NCBI GenBank assembly: GCA_964291315.2
Contig: OZ219753.1
Coordinates: forward strand, 320,001 to 384,000
DNA from: Candidatus Poribacteria bacterium
GTDB taxonomy: Bacteria; Poribacteria; WGA-4E; WGA-3G
Reading direction: 5' to 3'
DNA length: 64,000 bases
A model generated the notes under the pieces. That model saw nothing but the letters and a program-made list of their open reading frames with translations. It was not told the DNA's origin and ran no database searches. Below are positions 10,307 to 19,208 of the stretch, piece by piece (position 1 is the first letter of the stretch; the number at the start of each line of letters is the position of its first letter). The position numbers were made by a program, and so were the translations under genes.

Positions 10307-13300
10307 ATGAAACGGACTGTGTTGGCTCTGTCTACACTCGCCGCATTCCTGTTTGCGAGCGTCTCGTTCGCAGCGGCAGAATGGCAGACGAACCTTGTAA
10401 CAAATAAGACACAAGAAGAAATATATGTAATCAGTGCCACGTGGAAGGCGGCGGATACCAAGAAAGGCATCCCCGCAGGTTTCTGGACGCGTGGCTCCTA
10501 TCGTATCAAGCCCGGGAAAGCCAAAGTATTTTATTCGTGGTCAACGAACAACATTTATTTTCGTATTTCAAACGCTGCGGGTGCGCTAAAATCGAATAGG
10601 AACGCGACGACGTTCCCGTTTTGGGTGCATCCGGATCGCTCTTTCCGTGTTGTCTCGGAGAGCGTTGATTCGTCAGTGACGTTGGATCAACTGCTGTATT
10701 CGGATCGCTCGGGCAATCAGTTGGTGCACTCGGATGGGTTTACAAGCTATTTGGGTGGCAGTTCCGTGGTAGTGACATCTGATTGGGTATCGCTGGATGC
10801 GGTTCCGACGGCTCCAGCTAATGATGAGCTGGGCGATGGAGAGAGTGGAAACGCTGGTGAGACCGATGCTGTTCCTGAATGGATAGCGAGCTCGATAACA
10901 AATGCGACGGAAGCAGACCTGTATGTGGTCTCCTCCACGTGGAAGCTGGAGAAATCGAAGAAGGGGTGGCCTGAAGGGTTTCGGACGCGCGGGACGTATC
11001 GTATCAAGCCTGGTAAGTCGAGAAAGTTTTATTCGTGGTCAGATAACGCTATCTATTTTCGTATTTCAAACGCTGCGGGAGCGCTAAAATCGGAGGTGAG
11101 CACGGAGACGTTTGGGTTCTGGTTGCATCCGCGTCGTTCGTTTCGTTTGGTGTCGGATGCGATAGGTGCGGCAGTAGAGCAGTCGGATTTGATCTACTCG
11201 AATCGTTCGGTGTCGAATTTAGAGCGTTCGGATGGTTTCATGACATATGAGAGCGGTTCTGAAGTGGTAGTGACATCTGATTGGGTGTCAGTATCTGCTG
11301 TAGATGCTGTGAATGCTGGAGAGGATGGCACTCCAACGTCTCTCGAAACGCCAGCGGCTCCTGCGGGCATGGTATTAATCCCTGCTGGCACCTTCCAGAT
11401 GGGCAGTCCCGGCAACATGGGCGATATGAATGAACGCCCTATGCACACAGTGTCCTTAGATGGGTTTTATATGGATGCACACGAAGTGACAAACGCAGAA
11501 TATGCTGCGTTCCTCAATGCTATCGGCAAACACGCAGATGCTGGCCATACCTATATGGCTATCGGTACCAGTTATGACAACTATGGATGCATTGCGTTAG
11601 TAGATGGCTCGTATCGTGTGAAGTCGGGGTATGAGAATTATCCTGTCAGTTATGTGACTTGGTATGGTGCGATGGCATATGCTGTTTGGGCGGGCAAGCG
11701 TTTGCCGACCGAGGCGGAGTGGGAATATGCTGCGCGCGGCGGGTTATCTGGCAAGCTATACCCCTGGGGCGACACGATTGATAGCACGCAGGCGAACTAC
11801 AACTATGATGGAAGACGCATCAATAATGTCGGTAGTCTGACAGCCGTTGGCAGTTATGCGGCGAATGGTTATGGTCTGTATGATATGGCGGGTAATGTCT
11901 GGGAGTGGTGTCTGGATGAGTATGATATTGGGTTCTATGCGGAATCTGCTGCCCGGAACCCGTTGTCGGGTGGGTCTAGTATTCAGGGGCTAGTAGCTAA
12001 CTATACAGAAACTAGTTCTGATGAGTTCAACGTCTTGCGTGGCGGCTCTTTGATCAATACACGTCTGGGCGTGCGGGTCGCGACGCGCGGCTTCAGTAGG
12101 GTATCGGACCCTTACTTCTACAATGGTTTCCGTTGTGTGCGTTCTGTCTCTACGGTTCCTGCGAATACTGAGACTCCGACGCCTCCACCGCCTCCGAAAC
12201 CTGCAACGCCGCCGAAAACCTCTGGCGTTCCTGCGGGCATGGCGCTGATCCCCGCCGGTACCTTCCAGATGGGCAGCACCACCGGCGATGCGGATGAAAG
12301 CCCGGTTCACGCTGTGTCTTTAGATGCATTTTACATGGATACCCACGAAGTGACAAACGCAGAATATGCGGCATTCCTCAATGCGAAGGGCAAACACGCT
12401 GAGGCAGGCAAGAATTGGGTGAATCTCGCAGATACTCTCATAGGCATCGCGTTAGTAGACGGCGCGTATCGTGCGAAGTCGGGGTATGCGAATCTTCCTG
12501 TCGTTAAGGTCTCTTGGTATGGTGCGATGGCTTATGCTGCGTGGGCGGGCAAACGGTTACCAAGCGAGGCGGAGTGGGAATACGCTGCACGCGGTGGGCT
12601 AGCAGGCAAGCAATATCCGTGGGGCGACACTATAGACGCAACCCAGGCGAACTATGGTAGGAACACTGGCGGTCTGACAGCCGTTGGCAGTTATGCTGCG
12701 AACGGATATGGTCTGTATGACATGACTGGGAATGTATTTGAGTGGTGTCTGGATGGCTATAACGAGGGTTTCTATGCGATTTCGCCTGTGCATAACCCTT
12801 TGACGGGTGCTGATAGTGAGACGATAGATGCATATGTGGACGTCAGCTCTGCTCGTGTGTTGCGCGGCGGCTCGTATCTGTATTCGGCGCAGCTTGCCCG
12901 TGTATCGAATCGTGACTATAGTTTCCCGATGAGTATGGGCAATGATCTCGGTTTCCGTTGTGTGCGTTCTGTGTCTACGCCCTCTGCAAATGCTGAGATA
13001 CCGACGCCGCTGAAACCTGCAACGCCGCCGAAAACCTCCGTTGTTCCTGCGGGCATGGCGCTGATTCCTGCTGGCACCTTCCAGATGGGCAGCACCACCG
13101 GCCGTCTAGATGAACGCCCGATTCACACAGTGTCTTTAGATGCGTTTTATATGGACACACATGAAGTGACAAACGCAGAATATGCGGCGTTCCTCAATGC
13201 GAAGGGCAAACACACCGATGCTGGCCAGACCTATTTGGATATCGGGAGCAATGGTGTGCGCATTGCGTTAGTAGATGGCTCGTATCGTGTGAAGTCGGGG

Positions 13301-13810
13301 TATGAGAATCACCCTGTTGTTCAGGTCTTTTGGTATGGTGCGATGGCGTATGCGGAGTGGGCAGGTAAGCGGCTCCCCACCGAGGCGGAGTGGGAGTATG
13401 CTGCGCGCGGTGGGCTCTCCGGTAAGAAATATCCGTGGGGCGACACGATAGACAGCACGCGTGCGAACTACACTTGGAATGTTAGAAGCACAACAAAGGT
13501 AGGAATCTATGCGGCGAACGGTTATGGTCTGTATGATATGGCGGGGAATGTCCAGGAGTGGTGTCTGGATGTGTATGATCCGGACTTCTATGCGAAATCT
13601 GCAGCTCAGAACCCGTTGTCGGGTGCGTCCAGTATTCAGTGGTTGTTAGATAACTATACAACAGAAACTGGGGATTCTGCCCGCGTCTTGCGTGGCGGCG
13701 ACTGGCTCAGTCCAGCGGAGTGGGTGCGGGTCGCCTTGCGCACCTACATTAGGGCACCGTTCACTGACAACATCGTCGGTTTCCGTTGTGTGAAGCCTGT
13801 TTCTCCTTGA
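10307..13810 (+). CDS. Secreted protein: signal peptide, two N-terminal repeat domains and three FGE-sulfatase/SUMF1 (C-type lectin fold) domains
   Basis: RBS AAGGAAG, MKRTVLAL signal; three copies of F.MG...EVTNAEY...RLP(T/S)EAEWEYAARGG...N.YGLYDM.GNV.EW...RGG...GFRC, joined by Pro-rich linkers. The FGE catalytic Cys pair is absent. Confidence 0.9.
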   Translation: MKRTVLALSTLAAFLFASVSFAAAEWQTNLVTNKTQEEIYVISATWKAADTKKGIPAGFWTRGSYRIKPGKAKVFYSWSTNNIYFRISNAAGALKSNRNATTFPFWVHPDRSFRVVSESVDSSVTLDQLLYSDRSGNQLVHSDGFTSYLGGSSVVVTSDWVSLDAVPTAPANDELGDGESGNAGETDAVPEWIASSITNATEADLYVVSSTWKLEKSKKGWPEGFRTRGTYRIKPGKSRKFYSWSDNAIYFRISNAAGALKSEVSTETFGFWLHPRRSFRLVSDAIGAAVEQSDLIYSNRSVSNLERSDGFMTYESGSEVVVTSDWVSVSAVDAVNAGEDGTPTSLETPAAPAGMVLIPAGTFQMGSPGNMGDMNERPMHTVSLDGFYMDAHEVTNAEYAAFLNAIGKHADAGHTYMAIGTSYDNYGCIALVDGSYRVKSGYENYPVSYVTWYGAMAYAVWAGKRLPTEAEWEYAARGGLSGKLYPWGDTIDSTQANYNYDGRRINNVGSLTAVGSYAANGYGLYDMAGNVWEWCLDEYDIGFYAESAARNPLSGGSSIQGLVANYTETSSDEFNVLRGGSLINTRLGVRVATRGFSRVSDPYFYNGFRCVRSVSTVPANTETPTPPPPPKPATPPKTSGVPAGMALIPAGTFQMGSTTGDADESPVHAVSLDAFYMDTHEVTNAEYAAFLNAKGKHAEAGKNWVNLADTLIGIALVDGAYRAKSGYANLPVVKVSWYGAMAYAAWAGKRLPSEAEWEYAARGGLAGKQYPWGDTIDATQANYGRNTGGLTAVGSYAANGYGLYDMTGNVFEWCLDGYNEGFYAISPVHNPLTGADSETIDAYVDVSSARVLRGGSYLYSAQLARVSNRDYSFPMSMGNDLGFRCVRSVSTPSANAEIPTPLKPATPPKTSVVPAGMALIPAGTFQMGSTTGRLDERPIHTVSLDAFYMDTHEVTNAEYAAFLNAKGKHTDAGQTYLDIGSNGVRIALVDGSYRVKSGYENHPVVQVFWYGAMAYAEWAGKRLPTEAEWEYAARGGLSGKKYPWGDTIDSTRANYTWNVRSTTKVGIYAANGYGLYDMAGNVQEWCLDVYDPDFYAKSAAQNPLSGASSIQWLLDNYTTETGDSARVLRGGDWLSPAEWVRVALRTYIRAPFTDNIVGFRCVKPVSP
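10380..11295 (+). repeat. Two intragenic copies (~420 bp) of an N-terminal domain
   Basis: Copies at ~10380-10800 and ~10878-11295 share e.g. TATTTTCGTATTTCAAACGCTGCGGG and GTGGTAGTGACATCTGATTGGGT. Confidence 0.85.
11360..13810 (+). repeat. Three intragenic FGE-domain repeats (~760-800 bp each)
   Basis: Copies at ~11360-12150, ~12230-12975 and ~13046-13810 share long nucleotide blocks (GAAGTGACAAACGCAGAATATGC, GGTTTCCGTTGTGTG). Confidence 0.9.
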
Positions 13811-13875
13811 AACTTTATTGCCGAATGCGTTTTATCTTGAGATAAATCGCTGAAAGGCGTTGAAGATACAAATTA

Positions 13876-13930
13876 GGGCGTGATAGCGGTTAGGCTTTTG
13901 CTGACAGCTTTCACGCCCATTTTTATTTAT
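13876..13930 (+). terminator. Intrinsic terminator after the FGE-repeat gene
   Basis: GGGCGTGA...TCACGCCC stem followed by ATTTTTATTT. Confidence 0.65.
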
Positions 13931-14352
13931 TGCTGACTCGTTCTCTGTAGGGCAGAAACGTTGATTTCCGACGATCTCATAGATGCGAAGTGTGCTATAA
14001 TAGGCATCTAGGCGAAAAGACTGAATGCGTATGCATGCCTATCAAAAAAACTTGCACACTTCCAGGAAATCTGCTATACTTTCTTATATCTGAAGCATGT
14101 TGTTCGCACACTCTTAGCGCCCAACTTGCAAGCACATCTAAAATAACGTGAGTTTGAAAAAGATTGAGCAGACTCTTTTGTCGCAGAACGTGTTCGCTTC
14201 CTCTGCAAGAGACTTGTAGCATAGACTGTCAGTCTGTGCCTCTGCAACATGTGCAGCAAAAACGGTTTGGTTTTGCGAGGCCCTCTTTGTCCTAAAGATG
14301 AACTCAATAATTATCAAGCTCGCGTTAAAATAACAGAGGAGATTACTTTTAA

Positions 14353-14958
14353 ATGGCACACACATTACCCGCGCTCCCTTATGCTCATGATGCCCTGGAG
14401 CCTTATATCGACGCACAAACAATGGAAATCCATCACGGCAAGCACCATCAGGCTTATATCAATAACTTGAATGCCGCGTTGGAAGGACTCGGAGCGGTTG
14501 CTGATATGGATGTTAACGAGTTGCTCGCTAACCTCGATCAGGTACCCGAAGATAAACGGCAGGCCGTCATCAACAACGGCGGCGGACACGCCAATCATTC
14601 GCTCTTTTGGTCCATTATGACCCCTAACGGCGGTGAACCCGGCGGAGAAATCTCAGCTGCAATCACCTCAGCTTTCGGATCAATGGAAGCCGCAAAAGAA
14701 CAATTTGTTACCGCAGCAACCACACGTTTCGGTTCCGGATGGGCATGGCTCGCCCTCGCTGAAAACGGCTTAACTATCTACTCCACGGCGAATCAGGACA
14801 GTCCTATCATGCAAGGACACATACCGTTGCTGGGCATCGATGTCTGGGAACACGCGTACTATCTGAATTATCAAAACCGACGTCCCGATTATATTGAGGC
14901 ATGGATAAACGTTATTAACTGGACACGAGTTAATGAACTCTATGTGGCAAACGCCTAG
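14353..14958 (+). CDS. sodA: Superoxide dismutase, probably Mn-type
   Basis: [41 protein letters not shown]. Confidence 0.95.
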   Translation: MAHTLPALPYAHDALEPYIDAQTMEIHHGKHHQAYINNLNAALEGLGAVADMDVNELLANLDQVPEDKRQAVINNGGGHANHSLFWSIMTPNGGEPGGEISAAITSAFGSMEAAKEQFVTAATTRFGSGWAWLALAENGLTIYSTANQDSPIMQGHIPLLGIDVWEHAYYLNYQNRRPDYIEAWINVINWTRVNELYVANA

Positions 14959-14984
14959 TTGGTGTAGCCGATTTCGTTTTTCAG

Positions 14985-15021
14985 TCGTGGTAGGAGTGAA
15001 GATCTTTCACCCCTACTACGA
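14985..15021. terminator. Stem-loop after sodA
   Basis: TCGTGGTAGGAGTGAA...TTCACCCCTACTACGA imperfect inverted repeat; no strong downstream U-run. Confidence 0.5.
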
Positions 15022-15166
15022 ACTAACTCAATCTGTTATGATATCCAAGGAGAACGCCTCTCGAAATAAGTTTAATCGGATACATTAGGAGACTACAGTC
15101 GTTCTCCACTACACAGATATCTTCATTTTTTAAATTACGATCACGTAAAATAAGGAGATCTCAACA

Positions 15167-15958
15167 ATGATACGGCTATTTTCTTGCATCGCGCTTATCT
15201 GTTTGACCTTCACTGTTCATGCACTTGCACAAGACGTTGCTGTCTTTTATGACGAAGCCGTCGAAAATGGAGGCGGCCTAGCTGTACCGAACCCGCAACA
15301 ATTGGCAGAAATGATGGTTGAAGAACTTGAGGCGAAAAAAATTACCGCCGAAATTGTTGATAGCGACGGGTTGGTAGAATATATGGAGGCCAACCCGAAA
15401 GGTATCTATATCATTACGCAAGGGAATACACCCGGTACAATATTTAAGCAAGATGGAAAGAAGGACCTCGTTTATACATGGTTAAGAGATGGAGGTATCG
15501 GTGGATTCATTGGCGATTATCCTTTCTACTATTATTGGGATAAAGGCGCACGTGTTACGGCTGCCGGCGCAGGACAACAGAGCGTCTTCGGCGCCACTGT
15601 TACAAATGCTACAGTCACCGCTGTTACACCCACTGACCTCGGCAAAGAGTATATCCCTTCTCTCAAAAAATGGAATTCAAATCGACCCTCGGGACTCGCT
15701 GTTTTGGAGGCAAACGACTTCGAATATGAAAGCTACGCCGACGACGGAACCAATGCCGACCCGATTGCATACCGCACAGAAGACATGGAGGGGTGGTTTA
15801 TCAACTTCCATACCTCATGTTGCGGCACAGCTATACCGCCCAATGACCAAATCGCCACGGAATACGCTGAACTCATTTCAAACCGATTTGCAACGGCACA
15901 AGCTGTCGACCCAACCGGGAAAATTAGCGTCGTATGGGGTAAACTGAAAACCCGGTGA
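15167..15958 (+). CDS. Secreted hypothetical protein with C-terminal AVDPTGKISVVWGKLK tail
   Basis: RBS AAGGAG, signal peptide ending ALA-Q, conserved-looking C-terminal tail. Confidence 0.8.
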   Translation: MIRLFSCIALICLTFTVHALAQDVAVFYDEAVENGGGLAVPNPQQLAEMMVEELEAKKITAEIVDSDGLVEYMEANPKGIYIITQGNTPGTIFKQDGKKDLVYTWLRDGGIGGFIGDYPFYYYWDKGARVTAAGAGQQSVFGATVTNATVTAVTPTDLGKEYIPSLKKWNSNRPSGLAVLEANDFEYESYADDGTNADPIAYRTEDMEGWFINFHTSCCGTAIPPNDQIATEYAELISNRFATAQAVDPTGKISVVWGKLKTR

Positions 15959-16027
15959 TAGCTTCTACGCTGTCCATACTCTCAACCTTTATGTGGAGGT
16001 TATAGCACATTTCGCTCTCAGTTTTAT

Positions 16028-16063
16028 TTATGTAAGTCCTAAAAATTTTTAGGGCTTACATAA
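16028..16063. repeat. Near-perfect 36-bp palindrome (terminator or operator)
   Basis: TTATGTAAGTCCTAAAAA/TTTTTAGGGCTTACATAA with one mismatch. Confidence 0.6.
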
Positions 16064-16227
16064 TTTTGATAGAAATAGAAGGCTCTGGATCTAATCAGAG
16101 AGCAAACTCTGTTTGAGTTCATGTACTCCTAAATCTCGTCATATCCACACCTGCTCCCGCTTTCATCGAAAATATCTATAGGGCGAAGCCCCTGTTTCCC
16201 AAATTTATAGTCAACCTCAATTTCTGT

Positions 16228-16256
16228 TTGACATTTTCCTTTAAATGTGTTATAAT
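16228..16256 (+). promoter_or_regulatory. Sigma70-type promoter of the ilv operon leader
   Basis: Perfect TTGACA-17 bp-TATAAT. Confidence 0.85.
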
Positions 16257-16317
16257 TAAAATGTATAGTATAAAGATAACTCTTTTTACATAATCAAACA
16301 ATAGATAGATTAACCCA

Positions 16318-16633
16318 AAAGCGTTGAAGGGGAAGAGTAAGTCGTCAAAACTTGCGAGAGAAGGAGATTCACAGGCTGAAAGGTCTCCCCAAGTTCCTAC
16401 GGTTGAAAGTCACCCCGGAGCTGCTCGTCTGAACGGTCTATGCATTGCGTTGGCTCAGTAGGATTAGCCGGTATGATGCCCGTTATCGCGTCCCAAAGAG
16501 TGCTCTTTCTCATTCTGAGCCGGCTTTACAAGCCTCTCATACTTTGAATTAAAATGAGAAAGAGAATTGGAGTGGTACCACGGTAAGGTCAGTGTCCTTC
16601 TCGTCTCCAAAGTTGGAACGAGAGGGTTTTTTT
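16318..16633 (+). ncRNA. T-box riboswitch (transcription antitermination), probable Val (GUC) specifier
   Basis: Stem I with GAGAGA and GCTGAAA boxes; specifier loop GAAA-GTC-A-CCCC (GTC 16409-16411); AGTA and CCGTTA stem II motifs; T-box AATTGGAGTGGTACCACGG (16565-16583); terminator CCTTCTCGT...ACGAGAGGG followed by a T-run. Confidence 0.92.
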
Positions 16634-16701
16634 TAATTTTAATGGCCTCTGTAGGCCCGCGGTTACGATCCTCAACACTACAACTTATAAGGAAAATTGG
16701 C

Positions 16702-18378
16702 GTGGAACTTTCAGGAGCACGAATCCTTGTTGACAGTCTCAAACGAGAAGGTGTCGAATATATTTTTGGGGTGAACGGTGGTGCGGCGATGCCGATTTTC
16801 GATGCCTTATACGGTGAGACAGAAATCGAATTAATTCCGATGCGGCATGAACAAGGCGCATCACACGCCGCTGATGGCTATGCCCGCGCCACCGGAGATG
16901 TGGGTGTTGTACTCGCAACCTCCGGCCCCGGGGCAACCAACCTTGTCACTGGCATCGCAACAGCCTATATGGATTCAATCCCTATGGTTGCGATCACTGG
17001 ACAAGTGTTCACCCACTATATCGGCAGCGATGCTTTCCAGGAATGCGACGTTATCGGGGTGACCCGACCTATTTGTAAGCACAGTTACCTCATTAAAAGC
17101 AGCGATGAAGTTGCAGATGTTGTCGCCGAGGCGTTTCACCTTGCGAAGACCGGAAAACCGGGACCAGTCGTCATTGACATCGCCAAAGATGCACAGATAC
17201 ATGAAACCCTGTTTCAGTATCCGAAAACAGTTGACATCCGAGGCTACAAGCCACAAGTGGATGGTGATCCGGCGCAAATCGCAAAAGCGGCGGATCTGAT
17301 TAAAAAAGCTAAGCGTCCCATTCTTTATGCCGGGGGCGGTGTAGTTCTTGCCAACGCTTGTGAGGAATTGCGAAGGTTCACCCTTCACACACAGATTCCC
17401 ATTACGGTTACGCTGATGGGACTTGGGGCATTTCCTGAGACGCATCCATTGGCGATGGAGATGCCTGGAATGCACGGTTCTTGTTGTGCAAATTACGCCT
17501 TCACCGATGCTGACCTTGTTGTGGCTATTGGTGCTAGGTTTGACGACCGTGTTACCGGTGATCTCAGTAAATTCGCACCGAACGCCAAGAAAATTCACAT
17601 TGATATAGACCCTTCATGTATCGGGAAAAATGTACCAGTGGATGTCCCGATCGTTGGGGATGCGAAGAGCGTCCTAACTGAACTGGATAAACAGGTTGCT
17701 CCGACAGATATAGACCCATGGCGCGCGCAAATTCAAGAATGGAAGCAGAAGTATCCATTTGAATACGAACAAAAAAGTAATAAAGTGATGCCGCAATACG
17801 TCATTGAGCAAATCTATAAACATTATAGCGATGCAATTGTTGTTGCCGATGTTGGGCAACACCAGATGTGGGCAGCGCAATACTTCAAGTTCACCGAACC
17901 TCGGCAGTGGCTCAATTCCGGTGGACTCGGGACGATGGGATTTAGTCTTCCTGCTGCTATCGGTGCGCAACTCGGTTGTCCGGACAAAACCGTCGTCAAT
18001 ATCAACGGTGACGGATCTTATATCATGACAATCCAAGAATTGGTCCCGGCGGTTACCATGGAACTCCCGATTAAAGTATTTATCATCAACAATATGTATC
18101 TCGGAATGGTCCGGCAGTGGCAGGAACTGTTCTATGCTAAGCGTTACTCCGCTGTCGATTATCACGATAACCCTGATTTTGCTTTGCTTGCGGAATCGTT
18201 TGGCGCTACGGGACTTCGTGTTGAATACCCCGAAGATGTGGAACCCGCGTTACAAAAAGCAAAGGGCATCAACACTGGTCCTGTCGTGATTGATTTCATC
18301 GTTGACGAAGAGGAAAATGTCTTTCCTATGGTACCAGCAGGTGCGGGGCTAGGGGACGTTATCCGTGGATTATCTTAG
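16702..18378 (+). CDS. ilvB: Acetolactate synthase large subunit (biosynthetic)
   Basis: RHEQGASHAADGYAR, TSGPGATN, GTMGF, GDGS..M..QEL, LGMVRQWQ. GTG 16702 follows an AAGGA RBS; the ORF-track start lies inside the T-box. Confidence 0.95.
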   Translation: MELSGARILVDSLKREGVEYIFGVNGGAAMPIFDALYGETEIELIPMRHEQGASHAADGYARATGDVGVVLATSGPGATNLVTGIATAYMDSIPMVAITGQVFTHYIGSDAFQECDVIGVTRPICKHSYLIKSSDEVADVVAEAFHLAKTGKPGPVVIDIAKDAQIHETLFQYPKTVDIRGYKPQVDGDPAQIAKAADLIKKAKRPILYAGGGVVLANACEELRRFTLHTQIPITVTLMGLGAFPETHPLAMEMPGMHGSCCANYAFTDADLVVAIGARFDDRVTGDLSKFAPNAKKIHIDIDPSCIGKNVPVDVPIVGDAKSVLTELDKQVAPTDIDPWRAQIQEWKQKYPFEYEQKSNKVMPQYVIEQIYKHYSDAIVVADVGQHQMWAAQYFKFTEPRQWLNSGGLGTMGFSLPAAIGAQLGCPDKTVVNINGDGSYIMTIQELVPAVTMELPIKVFIINNMYLGMVRQWQELFYAKRYSAVDYHDNPDFALLAESFGATGLRVEYPEDVEPALQKAKGINTGPVVIDFIVDEEENVFPMVPAGAGLGDVIRGLS

Positions 18379-18578
18379 TTTTCGTCGATTTGGGCATGGT
18401 CTTTCTGCAAGTTGCTCATGACGGTCTAAAATAGCTAAAAACCTACGTTAGGGTTACGGCAATTTTTAACGATGAGAATATTGCAAGGGCACTGTTGATC
18501 GTCACCAAACGCTACACGCGCATTTGGCATTGATCGTTGGCACTACGAGGACAACAGATCAGAAACATATAGAAGAAA

Positions 18579-19076
18579 ATGAATTCAGAAGAACGACACA
18601 TTTTTTCCGTCTTGGTCGAAAACCGATTTGGGGTCCTAGCGCGGGTTGCGGGGCTTTTCAGTGGACGTGGTTTTAATATTGATAGTCTCAATGTCGCCGA
18701 AACACATGACAAGGGTGTTTCTCACATAACCCTTGTCACGCATGGAGATGCCCAAATTATTGATCAGATTTACCAGCATTTAAACAGACTCATTGACGTT
18801 ATCGAGGTTACCGACATTTCCACCGGCACCCATGTTGAGAGAGAACTTGTTCTTATTAAGGTTGCCACCGATGATCCTCAAAAACGCTCCGAGATTTTAC
18901 AAGTTGCGGAGGTTTTTCGAGGACGTGTTATAGATATGAACCCTGCCTCACTTGTTCTTGAAATTACCGGTGATGAAGGTAAATTGAAAGCAGCAATTGA
19001 TATTTTCAATACGTACGGTATTCTCGAATTATCGCGCACCGGCAAGATAGCGATGCTACGCGGACCTGAAAAATAG
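18579..19076 (+). CDS. ilvN: Acetolactate synthase small regulatory subunit
   Basis: SVLVENRFGVLARVAGLFSGRGFNIDSL ACT domain; ERELVLIKV. Confidence 0.95.
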   Translation: MNSEERHIFSVLVENRFGVLARVAGLFSGRGFNIDSLNVAETHDKGVSHITLVTHGDAQIIDQIYQHLNRLIDVIEVTDISTGTHVERELVLIKVATDDPQKRSEILQVAEVFRGRVIDMNPASLVLEITGDEGKLKAAIDIFNTYGILELSRTGKIAMLRGPEK

Positions 19077-19087
19077 TTTAATCGATG

Positions 19088-19190
19088 TCAGTGGTCAGTT
19101 ACCGGTTAAGCGAGTTATGTAATAGTCTATCCTACTTGGGATGTTCCAAAAATGTTGTTTTGTTACGAATAACTCTTAACTGATAACCAT
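19088..19190. repeat. Degenerate palindromic intergenic element (REP/MITE-like)
   Basis: GTTAAGCGAGTTATGTAA ... TTACGAATAACTCTTAAC arms, flanked by TCAGT/ACTGA short units. Confidence 0.45.
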
Positions 19191-19208
19191 CAAAAAGGAA
19201 CGGATTTT

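Noticed and set aside
13930-14350. Long region upstream of sodA as a possible ncRNA, plus its short ORFs
   Set aside because: It has a plausible promoter near 14052 but no recognisable RNA motif; the ORFs lack RBS or homology.
16464-16742. Minus-strand 92-aa ORF and the 45-aa N-terminal extension of ilvB
   Set aside because: Both overlap the T-box antiterminator/terminator and are spurious.
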